A DNA stretch of 64,000 nt from a virus, in IMG/VR virus record IMGVR_UViG_3300030060_004544, positions 6,179 to 70,178 of that record; one strand, 5' to 3'. Shown here piece after piece: positions 18,207 to 29,500 of the stretch. The notes beneath the pieces are model-generated. The model searched no databases, was not told where the DNA came from, and saw only the letters and a program-made list of their open reading frames with translations. A program made the position numbers and the translations under genes. Numbering within the stretch: position 1 is the stretch's first letter; every line of letters starts with the position of its first letter.

Positions 18207-20616
18207 AACAAAAGCAAAATCTACATTTCCAAGCCAGGCAGTGCCTGACGCTAAGAAGTCTAGTAAAGAATATGGCCTGCAAGTTGCAAGAGCTATTGAG
18301 CAAGAGTGGTTTAAAAGTGATCGCGGTTCTGACCGTTACTATGATACTCAATTAAAATATCATGAGCTAAGATTATACGCTCGTGGAGAGCAGAGTATAC
18401 AAAAATATAAAGATGAATTATCTATAAACGGTGATTTATCTTATCTTAATTTAGACTGGAAACCAGTGCCTATTATACCTAAATTTGTAGACATTGTTGT
18501 TAATGGTATACAAGAAAGAACTTATGACATAAAAGCATTTTCTATTGATCCTATAGCGGCTCAAGATAGAACAGATTATATAAAGAATATGCAAGAAGAC
18601 ATGAAGTTTAAATCATTTAAACTAAATGTACAAGCTCAAACTGGTGTAAACTCTTTTAAAAATGATGTTGAAAAAATACCAGAAAACGATGAAGAGCTTT
18701 CTGTTCACATGCAATTAAACTACAAGCAGTCTATTGAAATAGCTGAAGAAGAAGCTCTTGACAACGTAATGGCTCTTAATAAGTTTAACAACGTAAAGAA
18801 AAGATTAGATTACGACTTAGCTGTACTTGGTATTTCTTGTGTTAAAAACGGTTTTAATAAAGCTGAAGGTATTACAATTGAATACGTTGATCCTGCTAAT
18901 ATAGTGCACTCATATAGTGATTCACCTTATTTTGAAGATTTATATTATGTAGGTGAAGTAAAAAGAGTTTTAATAAAAGATCTTATAAAGCAATATCCTG
19001 ATATTACAAATGAGCAAATAAAAGATCTTGAAAAGAAATATAGTAATCAAAAGTTTGATAAATATGTTTATTATCCTGAAGATCAAAACGAAAAAGGTTA
19101 TATAAATGTATTATATTTTGAATATAAAACTTTTAATAGACAAACTTTTAAAATAAAGCAAACAGCATCTGGTGCTGATAAAGCTTTAAAAAAAGATGAT
19201 ACTTTTGATCCGCCTAAAGATGGTAGAGCAAGATTTGAAAAAGCTGATAGAGCTATTGAAGTTTTATACAGTGGTATAAAAGTTTTAAATCATGACATAA
19301 TATTAGACTGGAAAAAATGTGAAAACATGACAAGACCTAAGTCTGATATTACAAAAGTATCTATGAGTTACAGCATTGCTGCTCCTCGTATATATAAAGG
19401 TAGACCTGAGTCACTTGTTAGTCGTATGGTAAGTTTTGCTGATATGATACAGTTAACACATTTAAAGTTACAACAAGTGTTATCTAGAACTGTTCCAGAT
19501 GGTGTGTTTTTAGACGCTGATGGTTTAGCTGAAATAGATTTAGGCAACGGTACTAACTATAATCCACAAGAGGCATTAAATATGTATTTCCAAACTGGTA
19601 GTGTTATTGGTAGATCAATGACACAAGATGGTGACTTTAACAATGGTCGTATGCCAATACAAGAGTTACAGTCTTCAGGTGGTAATGCTAAAATAGCAGC
19701 ATTGATACAGTCTTACAATTATTATTTACAAATGATGAGAGATGTAACTGGTCTTAATGAAGCTAGAGATGCTAGTACTCCTGATAAAAATGCTTTAGTT
19801 GGTTTACAAAAATTAGCAGCGGCTAATAGTAATACAGCTACAAGACATATATTACAAGCTGGTTTATTCTTAGTATTAAAAACTGCAGAAGCTGTTTCAC
19901 TTAGAATATCTGATGTATTAGAATATTCTAGAGCTAGAAACCAATTTGTTTTATCGTTAGGTAGATTTAATGTTGGTACTTTAGATCAAGTTAAAGAATT
20001 ACACCTGCATGACTTTGGTATATTCTTAGAACTAGCACCTGATGAAGAAGAAAAACAAAGATTAGAAAATAATATTCAAATGGCTCTTCAACAACAACAA
20101 ATAAATTTAGAAGACGCTATTGATATTAGAGAAGTTAAAAACTTAAAACTAGCTAATCAAGTGTTAAAAATAAGAAAGAAAAAGAAACAAGAGTTAGACC
20201 AACAAATAGCTCAACAAAATATACAAGCTCAATCAGAAGCTAACGCTCAATCAGCTCAAGCAGCTGCGCAAGCTGAAGCACAAAAAAATCAAATAATCAC
20301 TGAACAAAAAGTTCAATTAGCTCAAGCAGAGTTTCAGTTTGGTACTCAAAAAATGGAAAGAGAAGCTGAAATTAAAAAAGAACTTATGGAACATGAGTTT
20401 AATTTAAACATGAGATTAAAAGACATGGAATCACAAGTGATTAAAGATAAAGAGCAATATAAAGAAGATCGTAAAGATGAACGTACTAGAATACAAGCTA
20501 GTCAACAGTCTGAGCTAATCGATCAAAGAAAAAAAGATTTACCAGCTAAAAAGTTTGAGTCCGCGGGCTTTGATAACTTAGGTGGTTTTGACTTAGAACA
20601 ATTTGAACCAAGATAA
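18199..20616 (+). CDS. Portal protein
   Basis: 805 aa after terL; PIIPKFVDIVVNG, MRDVTGLNEARD, Q-rich C-terminal coiled coil (barrel). Confidence 0.85.
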   Translation: MIKTKAKSTFPSQAVPDAKKSSKEYGLQVARAIEQEWFKSDRGSDRYYDTQLKYHELRLYARGEQSIQKYKDELSINGDLSYLNLDWKPVPIIPKFVDIVVNGIQERTYDIKAFSIDPIAAQDRTDYIKNMQEDMKFKSFKLNVQAQTGVNSFKNDVEKIPENDEELSVHMQLNYKQSIEIAEEEALDNVMALNKFNNVKKRLDYDLAVLGISCVKNGFNKAEGITIEYVDPANIVHSYSDSPYFEDLYYVGEVKRVLIKDLIKQYPDITNEQIKDLEKKYSNQKFDKYVYYPEDQNEKGYINVLYFEYKTFNRQTFKIKQTASGADKALKKDDTFDPPKDGRARFEKADRAIEVLYSGIKVLNHDIILDWKKCENMTRPKSDITKVSMSYSIAAPRIYKGRPESLVSRMVSFADMIQLTHLKLQQVLSRTVPDGVFLDADGLAEIDLGNGTNYNPQEALNMYFQTGSVIGRSMTQDGDFNNGRMPIQELQSSGGNAKIAALIQSYNYYLQMMRDVTGLNEARDASTPDKNALVGLQKLAAANSNTATRHILQAGLFLVLKTAEAVSLRISDVLEYSRARNQFVLSLGRFNVGTLDQVKELHLHDFGIFLELAPDEEEKQRLENNIQMALQQQQINLEDAIDIREVKNLKLANQVLKIRKKKKQELDQQIAQQNIQAQSEANAQSAQAAAQAEAQKNQIITEQKVQLAQAEFQFGTQKMEREAEIKKELMEHEFNLNMRLKDMESQVIKDKEQYKEDRKDERTRIQASQQSELIDQRKKDLPAKKFESAGFDNLGGFDLEQFEPR

Positions 20617-20627
20617 AATTAAAAATT

Positions 20628-20978
20628 ATGGCATGGAGATTTAACGACTATCCAGGTAATATAGCTGGATCAGTATTTTCAAAAGGTGGAGACGCGATAG
20701 TACCACCAGATAAGCACATTTTTGTAGCTATTACTACTTTAGCTGCTACTACATTTAGTAATACTACTGGATTAGTCGCTGAAGAAGCTACTAGATATGC
20801 TAACACAGAAGACGCTGCTGGTGACGCTGCTGCAGGATCTGAAACGTATAGTGAAGGATCAGGTGGTGAAGAAGTAGTAGTAGGTGATAGTTTTCCAGCA
20901 GGTATTGATATATTTGGTCAGTATACCAAAATCAATGTTAACTCTGGAAGTATCATAGCGTATTACGCTAAAAAATAA
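20628..20978 (+). CDS. Hypothetical virion protein
   Basis: 116 aa; ends FPAGIDIFGQYTKINVNSGSIIAY; lies in the head module. Confidence 0.6.
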   Translation: MAWRFNDYPGNIAGSVFSKGGDAIVPPDKHIFVAITTLAATTFSNTTGLVAEEATRYANTEDAAGDAAAGSETYSEGSGGEEVVVGDSFPAGIDIFGQYTKINVNSGSIIAYYAKK

Positions 20979-21010
20979 TATTTTTTTAAACAATTATATA
21001 ATATCTTATT

Positions 21011-22219
21011 ATGGAAAATGAAAACAAAGAAGTGGTTGAACAACCACAAGAACAGGCTGTTGAGCAAGAACCAAAAGCTCCAACTACAGAAAAAATAGTT
21101 GACGCTAAAGAAGTCGAAGCTCCAAAGCCTAAAAGAAAAAGTAACGCGTTTGATCAAGGCGCAGATACTATAAAGGTTGATATGAGTAAGCAACCTGAAA
21201 AAGCTACTGAAGAAAAAGTAGAAGAACCTGTTACTGAAAGTAAAAAAGAAGAGGTAGTTGAAGAAACACCTGTTATACAAGAAGTAACAGATGAAGAAGT
21301 AGAAGAAACAAACGATATTGTTAGCGAAGTTTATAAACAACAAAATAAAATTGTTGAAGAAAAACAAGAGCAACAAACTCCAGAAGTGGAACTACCAGAA
21401 AACGTTGAAGAACTCGTGAAGTTTATGAATGAGACTGGTGGAACGTTAGAGGATTATGTTCGCCTCAACGCGGATTACTCGAACGTAGATGGAGAAGCAC
21501 TCTTGCGAGAGTACTACAAATCTACGAAACCTCATCTTTCATCTGATGAAGTTAACTTTATGTTAGAAGATAACTTTAAATTTGATGAAGACGTAGATGA
21601 GCCTAGGGACATAAAAAGGAAACAGCTTGCTTATAAAGAAGCGGTTGCACAAGCCAAAAACCATTTAGATGGTCTGAAAGCACAATATTACAAGGAGGTC
21701 AAGTTGGGCTCTAAGTTAGCTCCAGAACAACAAAAGGCAATTGACTTTTTCAACCGTTACAATAATGAGCAGGCTCAGGTTACTGAACTAACTGCAAAGC
21801 AACAACAACACTTTAATCAACAAACTGATCAGGTTTTTAATGAGAAGTTCAAAGGTTTTGATTTTCAAGTTGGAGACAAAAAGTATCGTTACAACGTTAA
21901 AGATGCGCAACAAACAAGGGAGGCCCAGTCTGATGTTATAAATGTTTTTAGCAAGTATATTGATCAAAACAATATGCTACAAGACGCTAAGGGTTATCAT
22001 AAATCTTTATTTGCTGCACGAAACGCTGACGCTTTAGCTAATCATTTTTATGAGCAAGGCAAAGCTGACGCTGTCAAACAGTTAACTTCTGAAGCAAAGA
22101 ATATCAATGTTGACGGAAGAAAAACATCTGACGGTGTTGTTAATGTCGGTGGTCAAAAAGTGAAAGTGATAAGCGGCGACACTAGTTCTAGCCGAAAGTT
22201 TAAATTGAAAAATTACTAA
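21011..22219 (+). CDS. Putative capsid scaffolding protein
   Basis: Very acidic disordered N-terminus and helical C-terminus, directly before the capsid gene. Confidence 0.65.
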   Translation: MENENKEVVEQPQEQAVEQEPKAPTTEKIVDAKEVEAPKPKRKSNAFDQGADTIKVDMSKQPEKATEEKVEEPVTESKKEEVVEETPVIQEVTDEEVEETNDIVSEVYKQQNKIVEEKQEQQTPEVELPENVEELVKFMNETGGTLEDYVRLNADYSNVDGEALLREYYKSTKPHLSSDEVNFMLEDNFKFDEDVDEPRDIKRKQLAYKEAVAQAKNHLDGLKAQYYKEVKLGSKLAPEQQKAIDFFNRYNNEQAQVTELTAKQQQHFNQQTDQVFNEKFKGFDFQVGDKKYRYNVKDAQQTREAQSDVINVFSKYIDQNNMLQDAKGYHKSLFAARNADALANHFYEQGKADAVKQLTSEAKNINVDGRKTSDGVVNVGGQKVKVISGDTSSSRKFKLKNY

Positions 22220-22238
22220 AAATTAAAAATTAAAAATT

Positions 22239-23714
22239 ATGGCAACAGTAAGTTTTAGTGGACCAGCTGCCGGTTCGATAGTTTCTCCAGCGTATCAAAA
22301 GATGACGCTTGCGACTAACTACCTAGACTTTACATCATCTGATGTATTTGGCGACGGAACGAACGTAGCAGGTTGGGCACAACAATATCTTCCTGATTTA
22401 TATGAGCAGGAAGTAGACAGATATGGTAACAGAACCATCTCTGGATTTTTATCTATGCTTAGTGCTGAAATGCCTTTACAATCTGATCAAGTAATTTGGT
22501 CTGAGCAAGGTAGATTACACTTAGCATATAATGGTACTTGTGACACTACTAACGGTGCAGTAACTTCGATTACTGACATTGACGGTGGTTCAAGTGCAAA
22601 ACACGCAGTAAGAAAAGGAGCAACAGTTGTAGCTGTAGTAGAAAACGTAGTCTTCAAAGGTTATGTATCTGCTGGAATTGAAACTAGTGAAACTGGTCTT
22701 ACAATTTTACCTTACGGAGCAGAAAACATTGAAGATTTAGCTGGTATCTCAACTGGATCTCAAGCGATCAAGTTCTTCGTATATGGTTCTGAATTTGCAA
22801 AAGGATCTGACACTATGGGTAACTCCGTAGAGCCAAACTTCTTAACTTTCAACAATAGACCTATGATCATTAAAGATCACTTTGAAATCAATGGTTCTGA
22901 CACTGCTCAGATCGGTTGGATCGAAGTAGCTGGTGAGTCTGGACAAGGTGGATACTTATGGTATCTAAAATCTTCAGGTGATACTAGAGTGAGATTTAAC
23001 GATTACATGGAGATGACTATGGTTGAAGCTGAGAAAGTTGTAACAGGTTCTGGAACTGCAGACTCACAACTTCATGATCTTGGTTCAAGCGGTGTTGATG
23101 GTTTCAATGGTTCAGAAGGTATGTTCTCGGCTATCGAAAACAGAGGTATCGTAGCTACTAACTTAGTTGATAACGCGTCTGATGCATTAGCTGATTTCGA
23201 TTTATTATTAGCTGAGCTAGATAAGCAAGGTGCAATTGAAGAAAACATGTTATATCTTAACAGAACTTCAAACTTAATCTTTGATGATATGTTAGGTCAA
23301 ATTAATGCTAACTACGATGGTGGTACATCTTTCGGTGTATTTGAAAACTCATCTGACATGGCGTTAAACCTAGGATTCTCTGGATTTAGAAGAGGTTCTT
23401 ATGACTTCTACAAAACTGATTGGAAATACTTAAACGACGCTTCTACAAGAGGTTTAGTTGGTGGTATCAAAGGGGTAATTATTCCTGCAGGTACTTCTTC
23501 AGTATATGATCAGCAAGTGGGATCTAATGTAAGAAGACCTTTCTTACATGTTAGATATAGAGCAGGTCAAGCAGATGATAGAAAATTAAAGTCTTGGGTG
23601 ACTGGATCAGTTGGTGGACCAACTAGTTCAAGCATTGATAAGATGGAAATTCACTATCTATCTGAAAGATGTTTAGTAGTACAAGCTGCTAACAACTTTA
23701 TATTACTTAAGTAA
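22239..23714 (+). CDS. Major capsid protein
   Basis: 491 aa; position after portal/scaffold; high-expression-type codons (TTC, AAC, ATC); strong terminator downstream. Confidence 0.82.
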   Translation: MATVSFSGPAAGSIVSPAYQKMTLATNYLDFTSSDVFGDGTNVAGWAQQYLPDLYEQEVDRYGNRTISGFLSMLSAEMPLQSDQVIWSEQGRLHLAYNGTCDTTNGAVTSITDIDGGSSAKHAVRKGATVVAVVENVVFKGYVSAGIETSETGLTILPYGAENIEDLAGISTGSQAIKFFVYGSEFAKGSDTMGNSVEPNFLTFNNRPMIIKDHFEINGSDTAQIGWIEVAGESGQGGYLWYLKSSGDTRVRFNDYMEMTMVEAEKVVTGSGTADSQLHDLGSSGVDGFNGSEGMFSAIENRGIVATNLVDNASDALADFDLLLAELDKQGAIEENMLYLNRTSNLIFDDMLGQINANYDGGTSFGVFENSSDMALNLGFSGFRRGSYDFYKTDWKYLNDASTRGLVGGIKGVIIPAGTSSVYDQQVGSNVRRPFLHVRYRAGQADDRKLKSWVTGSVGGPTSSSIDKMEIHYLSERCLVVQAANNFILLK

Positions 23715-23723
23715 TATTTATAT

Positions 23724-23765
23724 TAAAGAGTTAGGCGCTTCGGCGCCTAGCCCTTTATTTTTATT
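23724..23765 (+). terminator. Intrinsic terminator with cUUCGg tetraloop
   Basis: TAAAGAGTTAGGCGC-TTCG-GCGCCTAGCCCTTTA followed by TTTTTATT. Confidence 0.88.
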
Positions 23766-23785
23766 AATTTTTATTATATTATATC

Positions 23786-24574
23786 ATGAAAAAAACAAAA
23801 ACAAAAGAAAAAGCTCCAGTTGTAACTAACGCTGAAGCTGTCCCAGCAAAACAAAGTTGGGTAGTAAAAGACAGGTTGTATGAATTAAACTTACAAGCAG
23901 TACCTCCTGTTTATATATTAAGATCTAGACAATTATTTTATTTTGACGAAAGCGTAGGATACGAAAGAGAGATAAAATATTGTAGAAATCAAAACACAGT
24001 ATTCGTTGATGAAATGAAAGGACCTCAAAGATTAGGTCATATTGTATTTAGAAACGGACAGCTGTTTGTAGAAAAAGAACAAACAACATTACAAAAATTT
24101 CTATCATTATACCACCCAGAAGCTGGTAGAACGTTTATAGAATTTAATGCTGATCAAGTAGCAGAAGAAGAAATTGATGTGTTAGAGTTACAATTAGAAG
24201 CTATGAACGCTGCTAAAACTTTAGATATTGATAGAATCGAAGCTATTGTAAGAACAGAGATCGGTAATGCAGTCAATAAGATGACTTCTAAGGAACTTAA
24301 ACGTGACGCAATGGTATTTGCTAGAAATAATCCAGAATTGTTCTTAGAACTCGCTACTGATGAAAATATCAATATTAGAAACATGGGTATTAGAGCTGTT
24401 GAAAAGAATATAATTAAATTATCTTCTGACAATAGATCTTTCAAGTGGGCAAATAACGATAGAAAATTATTTGATATACCGTTTGATGAAAATCCATATT
24501 CTGCTTTAGCCGCTTGGTTTAAAACAGATGAAGGTATTGAAGTTTACAAATTAGTTGAGAAAAAACTAAAATAA
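23786..24574 (+). CDS. Conserved-looking hypothetical protein of the head-tail region
   Basis: 262-aa ORF between capsid and tail ring genes. Confidence 0.65.
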   Translation: MKKTKTKEKAPVVTNAEAVPAKQSWVVKDRLYELNLQAVPPVYILRSRQLFYFDESVGYEREIKYCRNQNTVFVDEMKGPQRLGHIVFRNGQLFVEKEQTTLQKFLSLYHPEAGRTFIEFNADQVAEEEIDVLELQLEAMNAAKTLDIDRIEAIVRTEIGNAVNKMTSKELKRDAMVFARNNPELFLELATDENINIRNMGIRAVEKNIIKLSSDNRSFKWANNDRKLFDIPFDENPYSALAAWFKTDEGIEVYKLVEKKLK

Positions 24575-24580
24575 AAATCA

Positions 24581-24623
24581 TTTATAGAGGTGGTCATCTC
24601 TATGGGTGACCACTTACTATAAA
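24581..24623 (+). terminator. Intergenic stem-loop (terminator or RNA-processing site)
   Basis: TTTATAGAGGTGGTCATC...GGTGACCACTTACTATAAA inverted repeat; no + strand U-tract. Confidence 0.55.
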
Positions 24624-24632
24624 AAAGAAATT

Positions 24633-25382
24633 ATGGCAATAAACATAAATAAGGTATATAAATCAGTCTTGTCAATATTAAACAAAGAACAAAGAGGTTA
24701 TTTAACGCCGTCTGAGTATAATAATTTAGCAAGACAAGCACAACTAGAATTATTAGATAAGTTGTTTTACGACTATAACAGGTTTTTAAATATTGAAAAA
24801 GCTGGTAGAGTAAACGATGCTTTAGCTGATATACCTACAAAGATACAAGAACAGATAGATCCGTTTTATGCCCAAGATGATATTACATTAACAAATGGTG
24901 TTGGTACCTTACCAACAGATATATATAAAGTTATTGACATAACAATAACAGATGAAACTATTGAAGTAGAAAAAATAGATAAAAATAGATTACCTTACTT
25001 AAAATCTTCACCATTAACAAAACCAACTAAAGATTTTCCTGTATACTATCAGAGAGCTGCAGATATTATTGTAGAGCCTGCTTTTACCGATCAGAGTTGG
25101 ACATTAGGTAATTTAAGAATTAAATACATAAAAACACCAGCAGATCCTAGATGGGGTTATACTACAAACTCAACATATGGTACTCAAACTTATGATAGTA
25201 CAGCGTTTACAAACCAAACAAACACTCAAGGATCAACAAACTTTGTATTACATCCATCACAAGAAACAGAATTAATAATAAACATCTTAGCTTATACAGG
25301 ATTTATAATTAAAGATCCTAATGTGGTTCAGCAAGCTGTATCATTAGGTCAAGGTGCTCAAATGGCTAAACAACAACAATAA
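24633..25382 (+). CDS. Head-tail connector / tail ring protein
   Basis: MAININKVY...LNKEQRGYLTPSEYN...YIKTPADPRWGY; ATG 24633 lies after the hairpin. Confidence 0.65.
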   Translation: MAININKVYKSVLSILNKEQRGYLTPSEYNNLARQAQLELLDKLFYDYNRFLNIEKAGRVNDALADIPTKIQEQIDPFYAQDDITLTNGVGTLPTDIYKVIDITITDETIEVEKIDKNRLPYLKSSPLTKPTKDFPVYYQRAADIIVEPAFTDQSWTLGNLRIKYIKTPADPRWGYTTNSTYGTQTYDSTAFTNQTNTQGSTNFVLHPSQETELIINILAYTGFIIKDPNVVQQAVSLGQGAQMAKQQQ

Positions 25383-26500
25383 TGGGATTTTTAGGAACAA
25401 CAACAGCAAAACAATACTATAACAGTAGTCAAGAGTTTCCAAAAGTAGTAGGACAAACTGTATTTACGCTAACAGTAGCTAGTCTACCCGCTGCAGAAGC
25501 TGATTTTTTAGTATTTGTAGACGGTACTGAGGTAAATCCTAGTACATATTCATATGCAGGCCCAACAGGTGGTAATGCTGGTAAAATTACATTTACAACC
25601 GCACCTGACGGTATAGTATTAGTGAAACTAATTGATAGAAATTTAGGTGATTATAGATATATAAAATTAAAAGATATAGTTAATAACTTTATAATAGCTT
25701 ATGTTGGTAACGGTAAACTTATACCACACGCTAACAGATCTGAAGTTTTATTTCATATAAAAAGAGGTATACAAGAGTTTAGTTATGATATATCAAGATT
25801 AGAAAAAATACAAGAAGTTGACGTACCACCATCGTTAAAAATACCTATGCCACAAGATTATGTAAGTTATATTGGTATACATTGGGTCGATACAGCTGGT
25901 ATTGAACATCCAGTTTTTCCTGCAAGATTTACATCAAGACCATCAGAGTCTATAGCGCAGGATGGTGATGGTAATTATTTATTTGATGAAAATGAAGGCG
26001 TGTTAAATATGACGCCTGGTATAACTGTTGATAGATTCAACTCAAACTTTAATCAAGATTTGTTTGATGGAACAGTAACTAATGATGATTACTTTTTATA
26101 TACACATTATATAGCTAATAGACTAGCTTCTTTTTCAAATAGATATGGGGCTGAACCAGAACTTGCTAACTTAAATGGTGTTTTTACAATTGATGAAGTT
26201 GGTGGACAGTTTGGTTTTGACTCATCAATGAGTGGTAGAACTATAACAATAAAATACGTATCAGATGGTTTAGCAACTGATGGTGAAATGAAAGTGCATA
26301 AAATGGCTGAAGATGCTTTGTATAAATATGTGTTATTTGGTATGCTTTCAACAAGAACTAATATACCTGAATATATAGTTGCAAGATATAGAAAAGAAAG
26401 AAGAGCTGCGATGCGTAACGCTAAACTTAGGTTAACTAATATAAATATAAAAGAACTTACAAATGTAATGAGAGGTAAGTCAAAACAAATTAAACACTAA
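25382..26500 (+). CDS. Tail ring/tubular protein with an N-terminal beta-sandwich insert
   Basis: KRGIQEFSYD...PQDYVSY...YVSDGL; insert TVFTL...VFVDG...ITFTTAP. Confidence 0.62.
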   Translation: MGFLGTTTAKQYYNSSQEFPKVVGQTVFTLTVASLPAAEADFLVFVDGTEVNPSTYSYAGPTGGNAGKITFTTAPDGIVLVKLIDRNLGDYRYIKLKDIVNNFIIAYVGNGKLIPHANRSEVLFHIKRGIQEFSYDISRLEKIQEVDVPPSLKIPMPQDYVSYIGIHWVDTAGIEHPVFPARFTSRPSESIAQDGDGNYLFDENEGVLNMTPGITVDRFNSNFNQDLFDGTVTNDDYFLYTHYIANRLASFSNRYGAEPELANLNGVFTIDEVGGQFGFDSSMSGRTITIKYVSDGLATDGEMKVHKMAEDALYKYVLFGMLSTRTNIPEYIVARYRKERRAAMRNAKLRLTNINIKELTNVMRGKSKQIKH

Positions 26501-26503
26501 TAC

Positions 26504-29500
26504 ATGCCGAAAATAAAAAATATTTTTACTAAAGCTCGTATGAATAAAGATCTGGACGAAAGACTCGTTCCAGGTGGTGAATATAGAGAAGCTCAAAATA
26601 TATCTATAGCTACAAGTGAAGATTCAGACGTTGGAGCTATTGAAAATATTAGAGGTAATAAAAAACTTACAACTCAAGAGCTAAAAGATAAAGGTAATGT
26701 TGAAGACATGGCTACAATAGGTTCTTATGTAGATGTTTCTAACGATAGAATATTTTGGTTTACAACTTCATTTACTAGTAATTCACCAAACGCAGATATA
26801 CATACAATGCAGAGAGCATTGTTAGAGCATACTAAAGGAAGAATGAAGGTTGTCATGAAAGAAGGCAACAACACTGAAGAAGTTTTAGCAGAGGGCTTGT
26901 ATTTAAATTTTTCAAAAACACATCCTATAACAGGTGTAAACACTATAGGTAATTATTTATATTTTACAGATAACTACAACTCACCAAGGGTTATAGATAT
27001 AGATTTAGCTAGAACTAATACAAGTTATTATGTAGACGCGCAAGAAGAAAAAATATCAGTTGCAAAAGTAGCACCATATTTAGCACCAATGCTAAACAAG
27101 CCAAACACAATTGACGCTGCTGCTAGTATAGAGGGTGGTGGAACTGGTTATTCTGTAGCTAACGACTTAGCAACTACAGGTGGAACTGGTACTGGCTTAA
27201 AAGTAAATGTAACAACAGTAAACTCTGGAGTTATAACAGCTATTACAATATCAGAAGATGATATAGGTTATGGTTATAGCATAGATGATGTATTAACAAT
27301 AACAGGTGGCGGTGGTAATGCTACTATAAAATTAACAGCGTATCCTAATGTAGCAGATGGCCAAACATTAATAACATCTAATCCAAATGCTCTTGTAGGC
27401 GTTAAGTCTGATTATATGCAAGAGCGGTTTGTTAGGTTTGCGTATAGGTATAAATATAAAGATGGTACATATTCTATAATATCACCATTTACACAACCTG
27501 TATTTAAACCTTTAAACGCTGGTGTACTTAAATTTTCTCCTGACACAGCTGTAAACGCAACTACAAACGAACCTAAAGTAAATATATCTTCACAAAGTGT
27601 TGTTGAAACAGCTATTGTTCCTATAATGCAAAACGCTTATGATAAAGTTATAATGCGTATACCTTTACCAACAATATCAACGGGTTTTCTTTACTCTGAG
27701 CATATTTTAACTGAAAACCTAGTTACTACAACTTATGAAAATGACAAAGGTCTTAGAATAAAAGATATAGAAATATTACTAAAAGAATCAAATGGTATAT
27801 CTGTTAAACTTGTAGATACTATAAACATTGATGCTGCTAAAAACGAATCAACATCTCCATTTAGCATATACACAGTAACGCCAAAGCCAGGAGAACCTCG
27901 TTATAGACAAGCTATAGAGTATACATACAAAGCAAAAGAACCATTTAAAGTTTTACCAGAAAAACAATTGATAAGAGTTTCTGACGATGTTCCGGTTAGA
28001 GCAAAAGCTCAAGAAATAGTTGGCAATAGAGTAGTTTATGGAAATATAACATCAGGTTATGATATACCTAATGATGAAGCTGGTAATAAAGGTATAAGTT
28101 TCTTTTTATCAAGCGATAACAAAGGTAATGTAGAAAAAGGAGTTTTATCAGGACATTTTTATTATAACACACAATCGCATAGATTTCATACCGTAAAACA
28201 AAGAAGAACTTATCAAGCAGGTATAGTATTAACGGATGTTTTTGGCAGAATGTCACCGGTAATACCATCAACTTATAAAACTGATGACTTATCCGACACA
28301 CATACAGTAGTAGCTGAAACTGACGCGTATAATGCTAACACAGATGGTAGCTGGGAAAACACATTTAAAACATATGGTAAAGCTTTAAATATAGACTTTC
28401 AAGACTCTAGAATAGTACCAACATCACACACACATCAACCCGAAAATAATCCAAATGGTTGGTTTGCATGGAAAGTTGTAATTAAGCAGACAGAGCAAGA
28501 GTATTACAATGTTTATACTCAGCACCCAATGAACAACTGGTCGGTTACAGCTGGTAAAACTGTAACAACTAACCCTAATAATCCCCCACATGCTGACGAT
28601 ATGGATCAAATCATTGCTGGTCAATTTAGTCAAACTTCAAGATCAAGATCATGGTTTGCATTACATGGTGATAACATAAATAAAGTACCTAGATCTGTTA
28701 TAGATATTGATGAGTTTAAAGATGGTGTCGCTGGTTCAGAAGTACAGCTATATCCTAAGGTTGTACAGATAGATACGGTAAACCCTAATCCGGGTGGGAC
28801 ACACAGTGATTCTAAAATGGGTGTTGATGGTCAAGAGTATATTGATGTTATAAGTATTGGTGATGCTAAGTCACAAGGTTTATTTAGCATATCTAACGCT
28901 AAAAATGGTCCTTTTACTGATGGTAGACGTGAACCTAGAGGCTTACCAGATAGAGAAAGAGTGTATGACTTTTTACATGATGCAGAAAAAAATCCAACAG
29001 TAGCTGAAATACCAAACTTAGATAATGAAATAGTAGATGTAACTGGTGAGTTTACTACAAGTACAGGTACAGGTGGCGTTATTGCTGCAGCAGATGATCC
29101 ACAAGCTGATAGACCATTTGGTTATCCTCAGTCTAAAGACAAAGGTTTAACTGTTTTTGAAACAAAACCTTTTCAATCAAATTTAGATATATACTACGAA
29201 ACAGCAACTTGTGGTACTGTGACAGATCTTAACTCTCAATGTGAGGTTGCTTCTTCTGGACCAACTAATATAAAAATAATTAATACAGTTGAAAGAGAAG
29301 CTTATTCAGCAGGTTTAACAGCTAATTTTCCAGAAGGTTTTGATTACACAAATAACAGTAAATTACAAAAACAAATTGGCGAATTAATAGCAACTGTAGA
29401 TGACCCAACAAGTCAAGGTTATACTATATCAAACTTTCAATTAATGTCTATTACAAATAATGATGAAACTGATGGTGTTGATTTAGGTAAGTTTGAAATT